64,000 nucleotides of DNA from a virus: IMG/VR virus record IMGVR_UViG_3300045988_171964. One strand, 5' to 3'. The position numbers were made by a program, and so were the translations under genes. Below the pieces are notes generated by a model. The model made no database searches, was not told where the DNA came from, and saw nothing but the letters and a program-made list of their open reading frames with translations. Positions 9,604-19,600 of this stretch are shown piece after piece (positions within the stretch are counted from its first letter, which is position 1; each line of letters starts with the position of its first letter).

Positions 9604-9837
9604 TTAACTCTTTACTCTCCCCACATGCCATTTCTGGCAAGTCTTGCATTGGTACGCCACATACCCTTGCGCCTTCAGCTCCGGTCTTTGGTTCAGAAAC
9701 TCCCAGGCAGCATCCTCTGTTTCGTATGCCACCTTCGCCTTCCAGGTATGCTGTTTTCGGGTGTAATGTTCGGGGTCCGGTGTAAAGGGAGGAACCTTAT
9801 TGTGATAATGATGATCACCTTTGCGCTTACTCATCAT
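9604..9837 (-). CDS. hypothetical small protein
   Basis: 77 aa counted from MMSKRKG. The ATGATGAGTAA overlap with the upstream stop suggests coupling. C-terminal CKTCQKWH is half of a zinc knuckle. Confidence 0.4.
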   Translation of the reverse strand: MMSKRKGDHHYHNKVPPFTPDPEHYTRKQHTWKAKVAYETEDAAWEFLNQRPELKAQGYVAYQCKTCQKWHVGRVKS

Positions 9838-10639
9838 CGCCTCCTTCCTTTTCGGTATCACCTTCCTCTTCCGGAATATCCATTTCGGCTTCCTTCTTCT
9901 CAGCATGTTCATCCAGCACCTCTTCCATATACTCCATATAGTCAGGTACCTTTTCATTATGCTCCTGCAGACTTTCCTCCTCGGCAATATCCTGCATATC
10001 CTTAGCAGTAAGACCATACTTGCGAGCCATTTTTTTCTTGTACTCGTCAGTATAGTTCACCCTATCACGCTTCACGATGCTTACATCCTGCGTGATGGCA
10101 ATGCGGCTCATATCCGGCATTTCCTCGGTAGCATCCTTCTCTTCTAGGAAGTTGCCATAAACGGTAGCCAATGCCTGCATACCCTTATCCACCGCACGGT
10201 CGTTGTTCTGCTGCTTGCCCGTACGGATAAGCCACTCAGCAGAATTGAGATACATCGCCTTGTGACGAGGGCTTTCATCGGTCATAAAAAAGCGAATAAT
10301 GTGGTTGCAGACCGCCACATCGTTTGTCAGCTCGGTAATGGTACGGGGTTTGATATTTCCTTCGTCGTCAATATCAATATGCAGCGCCATCACCATTTCC
10401 TGCGCCTCCCTGTTGCCCTGTCCTGCCTGTTTCATAAACAGCGCGTAGTCGCGTCTTGCTATGTTGCGGCAGGTAGTCTTGGGGTCTATATCGTTGTTTT
10501 GTACCCAGCGCTTGTAGAACTCGTAGCAGAGCTGCATCCTATACTTCTGTTCCAGTTTTGGAAACATCGTGTCGATACTCAGTCCATTTGATAGCCATTT
10601 GTCTATACGTTGCAGGGTATTCTGCGTAAGTTGACTCAT
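9827..10639 (-). CDS. hypothetical protein with acidic C-terminus
   Basis: 270-aa ORF. A terminase small-subunit role is possible by position only and is not supported by motifs. Confidence 0.5.
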   Translation of the reverse strand: MSQLTQNTLQRIDKWLSNGLSIDTMFPKLEQKYRMQLCYEFYKRWVQNNDIDPKTTCRNIARRDYALFMKQAGQGNREAQEMVMALHIDIDDEGNIKPRTITELTNDVAVCNHIIRFFMTDESPRHKAMYLNSAEWLIRTGKQQNNDRAVDKGMQALATVYGNFLEEKDATEEMPDMSRIAITQDVSIVKRDRVNYTDEYKKKMARKYGLTAKDMQDIAEEESLQEHNEKVPDYMEYMEEVLDEHAEKKEAEMDIPEEEGDTEKEGGDDE

Positions 10640-10693
10640 CTCTTATTAATGTTTAATGTTTAATGTTAACCTGGTGGGGCATCGAAAACCGAA

Positions 10694-10720
10694 ATTCGTG
10701 CTATTCGTGTCATTCGTGTT
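10694..10720. repeat. 3 x 9-bp tandem repeat ATTCGTGYY
   Basis: ATTCGTGCT ATTCGTGTC ATTCGTGTT, upstream of the minus-strand gene that starts at 10639. Confidence 0.8.
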
Positions 10721-10744
10721 CAAACTCCCCGAACCCCCGAAACG

Positions 10745-11065
10745 CTATATGGTAAGGTCGATACCAAACTGACCTTCCAGGAACTTCTTGTAATCGGGCT
10801 TACCGAATAGCGGTCCGTTCACCTTATTCCACTCCTTATTATTAGAATAGAACACATCACGTGTGAACCATTCATATACGCTATCGTAGCGTTTCAGCGC
10901 CGTGCAGTTAGGATGCGTATTTAAGTACTTCTGTCCGGCACGCAGATAAGCCTTCGCTATGCGGGGATGCTTCTGAAACTCGATAAGGCGCTTGCGTCTG
11001 GAAGCCAGAGGACAGCACATGCAGCCGAGTCTTCGAGTAACGTTGATTTGCCCCCCCCGTATCAT
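10745..11065 (-). CDS. PAPS-reductase-family protein, C-terminal fragment (frame-shifted)
   Basis: GCMCCPLASRRKRLIEFQKHP continues the upstream fragment. The frames switch at the G8 tract (11051-11058). Confidence 0.6.
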   Translation of the reverse strand: MIRGGQINVTRRLGCMCCPLASRRKRLIEFQKHPRIAKAYLRAGQKYLNTHPNCTALKRYDSVYEWFTRDVFYSNNKEWNKVNGPLFGKPDYKKFLEGQFGIDLTI

Positions 11066-11597
11066 AGTAGAGTGGAGCCAGCTTCAAGTCTCTATCAAGA
11101 ATGAAATCCCTTACGTCTTCATCAGTCCACTCTAAGATAGGGTAAATCTGCTCCACATGGTTCTCTTCTTTCTTTGCACCAAAATATCGGCACTCGGTAG
11201 GCTCGTTATATCTTTCTTTTCTCGCTCTGCTTTCCGCTTTGCGCACACCGATAATGGTTTTATCGAGTACCTTATACTCTTTCAGAGCCTCACAGCAGAA
11301 ACGGGAGAAGCGAGAAGGAAATCCCTTCTTGGCGATAAGCTGAAAGAAATTCTCTTTAGGTCTGAGAATTTCCACGCCCATCTCCTTCACGTGGGCGATA
11401 GTGCCAGGTGGGTCGATGGTGGTGTTCTTGTATATCGCCCTGTATCTGATACCGGCTTCCTTTGCAAGTTGAAGGATCACGTCGCTATCTTTGCCGCCCG
11501 AATAAGCCAGTTCTATCTCTCCATCGTACCTTTTCTGTACGCTTTGCAGGAGTCGGATAGACTGATCTATCTTTTTCTGTAATTGCTCGTTTATCAT
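10908..11597 (-). CDS. PAPS-reductase-family PP-loop protein, N-terminal fragment
   Basis: PP-loop SGGKDS, then IGVRKAESRARK. A meaningful sequence ends at ..LYYDTGG at the G8 tract; the ORF tail past 11051 is out of frame. Confidence 0.7.
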   Translation of the reverse strand: MINEQLQKKIDQSIRLLQSVQKRYDGEIELAYSGGKDSDVILQLAKEAGIRYRAIYKNTTIDPPGTIAHVKEMGVEILRPKENFFQLIAKKGFPSRFSRFCCEALKEYKVLDKTIIGVRKAESRARKERYNEPTECRYFGAKKEENHVEQIYPILEWTDEDVRDFILDRDLKLAPLYYDTGGANQRYSKTRLHVLSSGFQTQAPYRVSEASPHSEGLSACRTEVLKYAS

Positions 11598-11628
11598 TTT
11601 GCGCCTTTTTAATTTCTTTATTTGCCCA

Positions 11629-11664
11629 CAAAATTACGAAATCGCCCCTAAATGATTGGGACAA
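11629..11664 (-). promoter_or_regulatory. phage promoter (minus strand), TTGTCCCA-N20-TAATTTTG
   Basis: The reverse complement gives TTGTCCCAATCATTTAGGGGCGATTTCG followed by TAATTTTG, in the same 28-nt register as the plus-strand promoters. Gene start is at 11597. Confidence 0.55.
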
Positions 11665-11696
11665 CCCCCGAACCCCCTTATCTCGAAATAACACCC

Positions 11697-11733
11697 CTCT
11701 CGCCCCGTCCCCAGCGATTCCATCGCAGGTCCC
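11697..11733 (+). repeat. Motif-A hairpin copy A1
   Basis: CTCTCGCCCCGTCCCCAGCGATTCCATCGCAGGTCCC. Confidence 0.85.
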
Positions 11734-11742
11734 TCAATCCTT

Positions 11743-11778
11743 TTGTCCCCATCTCTCAATAAAAAACCGATACCTTTG
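11743..11778 (+). promoter_or_regulatory. phage promoter, TTGTCCCCA-N19-TACCTTTG
   Basis: TTG at 11743 and the -7 box at 11771-11778. Gene start is at 11823. Confidence 0.6.
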
Positions 11779-11822
11779 TATCGTATTAAAAAACATAGGA
11801 TAACATTAAAAAGAAAAAAGAA

Positions 11823-12428
11823 ATGCAAAGTTTAATTCCAACCCTTACCAGGTTTCTTGCAGCCATCATCGGCTTGGTGTGGTGCACACTGGAACCATCC
11901 CTTAACTACATCGCCGTATGCTTCTTCGCCCTTGTCTGCGACTGCTACACGGCATGGCGCTGCAACTGTCGCATCTATTCCCGCTATCGGGAGGCTATCA
12001 AGAAAGACCCTCGATGCAAAATCGACGGCAAACTGAAATCTAAGAAAATGGCAAAGATGGTGAAGGATTTCTCCGTCCTCATCCTTGCGATATTCTTGGC
12101 CACGATGGTAGATACCGTCATACTCGATTTCCAAAACCCTCTCCATCTTGCTAACTATCTCGCTGCCATCTATTGTGGCGTGCAACTCGTGAGCATCCTC
12201 GAAAACGAGAGTACCTGCAATGGTGCACCCTGGGCAAGAGTGATGCAGAAGATTGTGGCCGATAAAACCGAAAGGCACTTTAATGTAAAGCTGAAAGACT
12301 TGATGAAGGAAGCAACAGAAGAAGAGGGCAACAAGGAAGAGGCTACTCCGGAAGAGGATAAGAAGAAAGAAGATGATAATGACGACTGGATTCCGCAGAA
12401 ACCTGCAGACCCAGTAATGGGCATGTAA
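11823..12428 (+). CDS. holin (holin family 4_1 / TcdE-like)
   Basis: Three hydrophobic helices. The motif QLVSILENESTCNGAPW resembles the E-x-VSIL-x-N....G-x-P signature of TcdE-type holins. Charged C-terminal tail. Confidence 0.6.
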   Translation: MQSLIPTLTRFLAAIIGLVWCTLEPSLNYIAVCFFALVCDCYTAWRCNCRIYSRYREAIKKDPRCKIDGKLKSKKMAKMVKDFSVLILAIFLATMVDTVILDFQNPLHLANYLAAIYCGVQLVSILENESTCNGAPWARVMQKIVADKTERHFNVKLKDLMKEATEEEGNKEEATPEEDKKKEDDNDDWIPQKPADPVMGM

Positions 12429-12492
12429 TGTGCCAATATCTCTTAATTTCCGTACGCTATCAGTTAATAATGTGTTAAAATCTCTTTGAATT

Positions 12493-13095
12493 ATGACAAT
12501 ATCAAATGTTTTGGAACACTGGGCAACCATCTACAAGCCCTTGTCTCATAACCCGACAAGCAAGAAGCTGGAGGATCAGAGTTTCTTCCGCATTCGTGAT
12601 ATTGATGAGGAAAATATCTTTTCCCGAAACGCCAATATCATCCACTCTCCCTGTATGCTCTATCGTGTCGTTAACTCCGGAGAACTGAAATCGGATAAGC
12701 AAGCCCTGATTACTTATCAGGTCTGTTTCCTTACCCGACTGAAAGATTCCTCTGCTACATTGGGCAGATATGATGGCAGCAAATTGCAGGCTGCATCGGA
12801 TGATCTGATGGAGTATTGCGAAGACCTTGCCTCTTATCTCACTCAGCTTCGCCGCACGGGTATCTGTCCTATCACGGGCAGAAACTTCAAGACGGAAGAG
12901 CCTAAGCTGGGCATAGAGTTATCATCCGTCGATATAGAGAGTTTTGCCTATGGTGTAAACCCTCTTTTTCGTGGACCGAGCTGGCTCCTTGCTGATTGTT
13001 ATTGGCAGACTATCCGTCCGCTCTATAACTTCCAATGCGGAAAGGAGCAGAAATATATCATTCCTGCATCAACAGAAGACGGAAAGGAGGGATAA
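12493..13095 (+). CDS. hypothetical protein
   Basis: 200-aa ORF upstream of the tape measure gene. Confidence 0.5.
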   Translation: MTISNVLEHWATIYKPLSHNPTSKKLEDQSFFRIRDIDEENIFSRNANIIHSPCMLYRVVNSGELKSDKQALITYQVCFLTRLKDSSATLGRYDGSKLQAASDDLMEYCEDLASYLTQLRRTGICPITGRNFKTEEPKLGIELSSVDIESFAYGVNPLFRGPSWLLADCYWQTIRPLYNFQCGKEQKYIIPASTEDGKEG

Positions 13096-13098
13096 GCC

Positions 13099-13653
13099 AT
13101 GCCTATCAGAACCCAACCTATCAAGTCGCCTTTTGCACCCTTAAAAGAGGTGGCAGGTGTATATCTGAAGCAAGCTCTTCTTGATATAGAAGTTAACTTC
13201 AATACCCAGAAGATTTATCCGGTAGAAGTATATCGTGGCTACGAGAAGGTGAACAAATATCGCGAGGAACACGGCATGTGGTACTCTACGGGTGAAGGTA
13301 AGAAATCCTTTGAGGGTACGGTATATCAGGCTGATGAAAAGACGGGTAATCTGATGGTAGGAATCCGTTATAACGACTATCTCCGCTATGTGGATATTGG
13401 TGTAGGTTTGACGGGTGATCCTCGTGACCCTGCAGCCCATATCACTGCCGATAAGGTGGACCGCTCGAAGAAAGCTAAGTTTAAAACACGATATATCGGC
13501 AAGTGGGATAGAAGGGCAGGTAAATCTCATCGTCCTGCCATCATGCGCACGGTGAGAAGACTGAAAACGAGATACGAAAACCATCTTGCAGATTACTATG
13601 GCTACCAGGGCTTGTTGCAGATAATGAACGCCCTGGAGGGCAAAGATGAGTAA
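13099..13653 (+). CDS. hypothetical protein
   Basis: 184-aa basic ORF directly upstream of the tape measure gene. A tail-assembly role is suggested by position only. Confidence 0.5.
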   Translation: MPIRTQPIKSPFAPLKEVAGVYLKQALLDIEVNFNTQKIYPVEVYRGYEKVNKYREEHGMWYSTGEGKKSFEGTVYQADEKTGNLMVGIRYNDYLRYVDIGVGLTGDPRDPAAHITADKVDRSKKAKFKTRYIGKWDRRAGKSHRPAIMRTVRRLKTRYENHLADYYGYQGLLQIMNALEGKDE

Positions 13654-13688
13654 CTTTATAAGTATTCATATTTAAAAACAGAAACAAA

Positions 13689-16600
13689 ATGGCAAAGAAT
13701 AAAACAGAGGCTATCATCACGCTCAATGGCCAGCAGCCGCTCCAGGTACTGAAGCAGTTGCAGGAGGCAGCAGCGGGTATATCCGAGCAGATAGATGCGG
13801 CTCAGGCGAAGCTGAAAAACCTGAAGCCGAACACTGACCCATATAAAGCCCTCGATGCGACCATCAAGGATCTGAAGAAGCAGTACGATTTGCTGGCTTC
13901 TGCACAGATTAAGGATATTTCTGCCAATGAGCGTTTGCAGAGCGTAGTGGACCAGCTCAGTAATACTTCACTTCGCAACCTGCGCCGTGCATTGGGCGAC
14001 GGCAAGCGTCAGCTTGAAGGCTTGTCAGAGGCAGAACTGGATCAGGCAAACGCTATCCGCTCAATGATGAAGGAAGTAGGCGACCAGGTGCGCTTGCTCG
14101 AAGGGAAGTATGTAAAGATTGAAAAAGGACTGAAGAATATAAGCATTCAGTCTGACCAATGGCTGAGTAAGGCCATAACGCAGCAGAGAGACCTTGTGGC
14201 TTCACTCGAAAAGACAGATGCCAGCTATCTCAAGAATCACGCCACATTGAAGCAGTTGGAGAGAGAGGAGGATAGACGTAATGGCAAGCTGACTACACCG
14301 GAGGCTATGACTGTGGTGCAAGACCGAACATCTACTGCCTCCGAACTTCGCCGCGCCAAGACATCAATCACTCAGGCGAGGGATAATGTAGATACATCTG
14401 ATACTGCTCAGATAAAAGCCTATAATGAAGCCCTTGCTAAGATTGAGGAACGCCTTGATGCCGTATCGGGGAAAGCCCAGAAAACAGCCATCGGTTGGCA
14501 GAAAATGCGCCAGGTATTATCTAACCCTGGCAAGGCTTCGGGCGAGGACATTAAGCAAACCATGGACGCTATTCAGCAGAAAATACAGCAACTCCCTGCT
14601 GGAAGTAAGGCTGTATCAGATTTGCGCAGACAATACGCCCAGTTGGAACAAACTATGAAAGGTACCCGCCTCTCGCAAGCGCAGCTCAATGATATTGTCG
14701 CCCGCAGTAAGACCGGCAAGGCAAATATCAATGAGCTGAGACAGGCTTATAAGCAACTTGAGGAGGAACTGAATCAGTTAAACACCAAAAGCAAGGAATT
14801 TAACGAGAAGCAGAAGGAACTGAAGGATTTAAAGAAGAATATCGACAATGCTACTGGAGCCATAAGCCAGCAAAGTAAATCCTGGCAGACGGCATTAAAG
14901 AACCTGACCGCATACGTAGGTCTCTTTCAGGTCTTCAATGCTATCAAAGATACAGTTACTTCTGCTATCAAGAAAAACTTTGAATATTCTTCGTCTTTGA
15001 CGGATATTCGCAAGGTGTCCGGACTCACGATGCAGGATGTCAATAAACTGTCTGAGGAATTGGCTAAGATTGATACTCGTACTTCTGTTGATGGCTTGGC
15101 CCAACTTGCCTATCAGGGTGCAAAACTTGGTATGGGTAAGTATGGCGTGGAAGGTATGAAACAGTTCGTAGCTGCTGCCGACCAGATCAATGTAGCCATT
15201 GGTGAGGAAATGGGCGAGGAAGCGCTGCCGGCTCTTTCTAAAATGGTGGAGACGATGGGTCTTATCCCGAAGATGGGTATCGAAAAAGCGATGCTTGCTA
15301 CGGGTTCGGCTATGTTCAAACTGTCTTCTACCTCTACCTCTACATCTACCAATATAGTGGAGTTCGCCAAGCGATTAACCGGTGTGAGCCGTACTGCAGG
15401 TATCACTACCGACCAGTTGTTGGCTCTCGGTTCTGCATCTGATTCCCTCTTCCTGATGCCGGAGGTGAGTGCCACGGCGATGTCTAAGTTCATCGTAGCT
15501 TTGCAGAAGAACCATAACCTTATCGAGAAGGATTTGGGCATTCCGGATGGTACCATCAAAAGAATGTATGCAGCAGGCAACGCAATGGATGCCATCGTGA
15601 TGGTACTTGAAAAGATGCGAGACAAGGGTAATATGAATGCCCTTGGCGGCATCTTCAAAGACCTTGGTTCTAATGGTCAGCGACTCGTTACCGCCATGGT
15701 AACTATGTCTAAGAACGTAGATGTACTGAAGGATCATCTCTACGAGTCTAAGGAGGCATTCGAGGAGGCAACTGCTGTAACCAGCGAGTACACGATGCAG
15801 CAGCAGTCTGCCGCAGGTATATTGGATAGAGCCAATAACCTTTGGGAGAAGGCTTTTATCAATCCAGATGGTGTGGAAAGTGTAAAGTCTATGGCGCAGG
15901 CTTGGTACGATATGTCGCAGATGATCTTGCAAAGCCCGATATTCAAGAATACACTTCAGGCAGCCATGTGGAGTGTGATTACTGCTTGCAAGGTATTTGT
16001 AACTCTCCTTCCTCTCATCGCTAACTATGTTGCTGCTCTAGGTATCTATAAAGCCGTTTCGTTTCTTTGGGAATTAGGTAAGGCGATAAAAGCTGCGGCA
16101 GCTGCGCAAACGTTGTTTAATTCAGCAGCCAAGGTAAATCCTTATGTAGCTATTGCAAGTGCGATTGTCACCGCCGTAGGTGTGGTATGGTCTTTTGTGG
16201 AAGCGGATAGAGAAGCTGCTGCTGCGGAGGCAGAGGCAGCACGCAAAGCTAATGCCTGGAAAGATAAGTTGAAAGAAGCGCAGTCTCAAACTGATACGCT
16301 TACCCGAAAACTCCATTCTTATAAAACTACACTCGAAGCCCTGAACGTATCGCAGAATGCCCGAAATACGCAGATAGCCCGATTTAATCGTGATTTTCGC
16401 CAGTATATCTCTAAGTTGGGTATCGAAATCAAGAGCGTGAGCGATTTGAAGAAGCATTATTCGGAGTTAGCACAGGAAATTCAGCGTGCTACCTATTATC
16501 GCCTTCGTGAGGAAGCCAAGCAGAGCGTAATGCCTTCCTATCAGATGGATCGTCTGAATGCGGCTAACCGTATCAAGAAGGAACTTAATAATCTCGGCTT

Positions 16601-19600
16601 GTTTGCAGGCGGTTTTACCCAAAAGAACGTGATGGATATGTTCAATAAGGGTGCAGGTGCAGGTTGGATATGGCAGAAGATTATCGAGGCAAACACAAAA
16701 GATGCCAAGCAGGGTAGTTTCCGTTTCAATATGAAAACAGGAAACTATACTTATACTGATAATAGCGGTAAAACCGTCAAGGGTAATCCTACAGGCTATA
16801 AAGGTCTGTTATCTTCACTCGTTCATTTCCAGAACGCAACCAAGCGCGAAACAAGTAAGGATAAGGAAATCAATGATTACTTCAATCAGGTAGTTAATCT
16901 TGATGGCTATACTCCTTGGGTAGAAGATGAACCTGGTACGCTTGAAAATGAAGCACCCGATAATGATGCCATCCGTGCTGCGAAGCAGGAGGCACGCGAT
17001 CAGCAGCGTTCCTGGCGTGAGGAGTTGAAGCAGAAGCAGGATGAAGCAAACGCTATCATGGATAACGTGCGCAACTTCTATGAGCGACAAATCAACGAAA
17101 AACTGTCACAGGCAGTAAGCCTCGGTATGGATAAGACGGAGCAGGATTTGTTCGTAGAGCCAGTGAAGAAGCGTATGGATGAAGCCCTTTCGCAGGTGCG
17201 CCTTGCTATCGCTGGTCAGGCTAACACCTGGGAGGACTTCAAAAAGACGATGGATAATGATCTTATCGAGAAGACCGATGAGACCGGAGTTAATCTTTCC
17301 AAGAACCTCCTCACCTCCATTACGCAGAATAATATCGCAGCCCTGCGCACGAAGATGGCTCAGTTGGGTAATAGTCTGAACCGTCCGATGAACTCCATCA
17401 CGGCTGAAATATTTGCCAAGGCTACCAAGAACCAGCAGGATCGTGTAAAGCTGGAAGCGCAGCAGGCAGAAGCCCGTAGAAAGGTGGCTCAGGAGCATAA
17501 CTACATGGGTGCCGTGCAGCAGAATATGTATGACGATTTCAACCAAATGGGCTATGCTACCCCAACCGATTTTGAAGCGCAGGACAAGGAAGCCTTTGAC
17601 AGACGCAAGGCACACATCATTTCCATGTACGAGCAAGCAAGAAAGCAAATCGCCAACCTTTATACAGTTGATGTCAGCAATAAAGAAGGTAGGGGATTGC
17701 TGATGCAGGTACTCTTTGGCGATGATCCTTATGCGCTGGGTGCCCGCATTCAGAGTGTATTGGGCGACAATGCGGAAGACTGGAGGGTGTTCTATAACAA
17801 ACTTATTCAGTATTCTGATGAATATACTGAGGCTCAGAAGAAGACCTACGACCAGGCAAAAAAGATTGCCGAGCAGATGTGGAAGGTCAACCAGCGCAAT
17901 CTTGCCAACCAGGAAACCCTTCGCAAGATGCAGCAGGAAAGCGCCCTCTTCGGTAAGCGAACCAATATGTGGTCGAATCTTGGTCTCGGCGATCTTACCG
18001 CCGACCCAGAGGTGGAGCTGATGAAGATGAAGATGCAGATGGCGGAAGATTATTATGCTTTCGTTTTCAAAAATTCGAGAAATCAGCAACTTATCGATGA
18101 AGCTGACAAGGCTCGTCAGGAGGCAGAACTTGCCTATGTCAACCAAATGGCTACGGCGATGAAGAACCGCCTCTCACAGATGCAGCAGCTTGTGCAGCCT
18201 ATCGAGACCTTCGGTGCAGAAGTAGGCAAGGCATTTGCTGAAATGCGCAATGATGTAAGCAGCGCACAGGAAGCTATCAAGAACGCTCTGAAGTCTATGC
18301 TCGAATCGTGGGGTAATATGGCGCTCAACGATGTGAATACGCAGATGTGGAAGGCTATCAATGATGCAGGTGCCAAGCGAGCCAAGAAGAAAGCGCAGCC
18401 TGGTATCGATGCAGCAAGAGCCAACGCTAACGCCAATGCCGTGAAGGAAGACTTCTCTCATCTCGGCACAAAGGCGAACCCGATGTATGTGCGACTGGTA
18501 GATGAGGGAGCATCTTATCTTACTCAACAGCCGCAGTCTAACTTCGAGAATATGACTCCTCAGCAGCCGGCTCTCGGTTGGAATCCTGACGGCTCGCCTA
18601 TCAATCCTAACAGTCCGGCTATTGTGCCTCCATACGCGCCCCCTGCAACCCCCGAGCAGGCGAATAAGCAAGCAGAGGGCAATGGTGCTCCTCATGCGTG
18701 GGCACATCGCAATCGAGACAATGCCAATGCGTTTTACCAGGATGCCGCAACGCAAACGGGTGCGGCAGCAGCCGATGCTATCGCAGGTGGCGGTTCCTGG
18801 TCCGATGTCGCAGCCGGTATCGGCGGTTCTTTCATCGGTGGCGTAATGAATACCGAGTTCAAGACTGGCGGCGGCAAATCAAAGGAGGATAAGGAGAAAG
18901 CCGAGCAGTTGAAGAAGGAGAAGAAACACCAGAAGGAACTGAGCAAGGAGGTAAAGAAGGGCAATAAGGAACGTGAGAAGGTTACCACGCAGGGTGTCAA
19001 GAACATCACAGACGTAACTGATGCCGGAAACAAGGAGCAGACCGAGGGTACAAAGATAGCTTTGAATACAGGTATGGCTATGACGGAAACGGCGCTCACT
19101 ACCAACCTTGCGAAAACGCAAGCCAATAACGAAGCTGTTATCGAGTCGGATGCTGACCGCACGCGAGCAGGAATGACCTTCTCTATCGCTGGTGCCATCG
19201 GTAAGTGCTTCGACTTCCTAGGTCCTATCGCGGGTCCTATTGCTGCTGCTGGTGTGATGGCTACCCTGATGGGCTTGCTCCAGTGGGCACTCAATTCAGC
19301 CTTCAGCGGCGGCAAAAAGAAGAGTAATACCAATACTACCAATACCAAGCTTGTTACTGGTATGCTTACCTATGATTCCGGAAACGTTCAAGACTTGAAG
19401 CCATTTGTGGCTGATAATGGCGAGGTGTATTGGGCGAAGGAGGATGACGGCAAGCAGATGCAGGGCGTGAAGATGCTTACATCTCCAACCGCCACCACCG
19501 TTAATGGTCAGCCGTCTCTCGTAGCCGAGAAAGGACCGGAAATCGTGATTGGCCGTGAAACCACTCATGCCATGATGATGAATAACCCTGCCCTGCTGAA

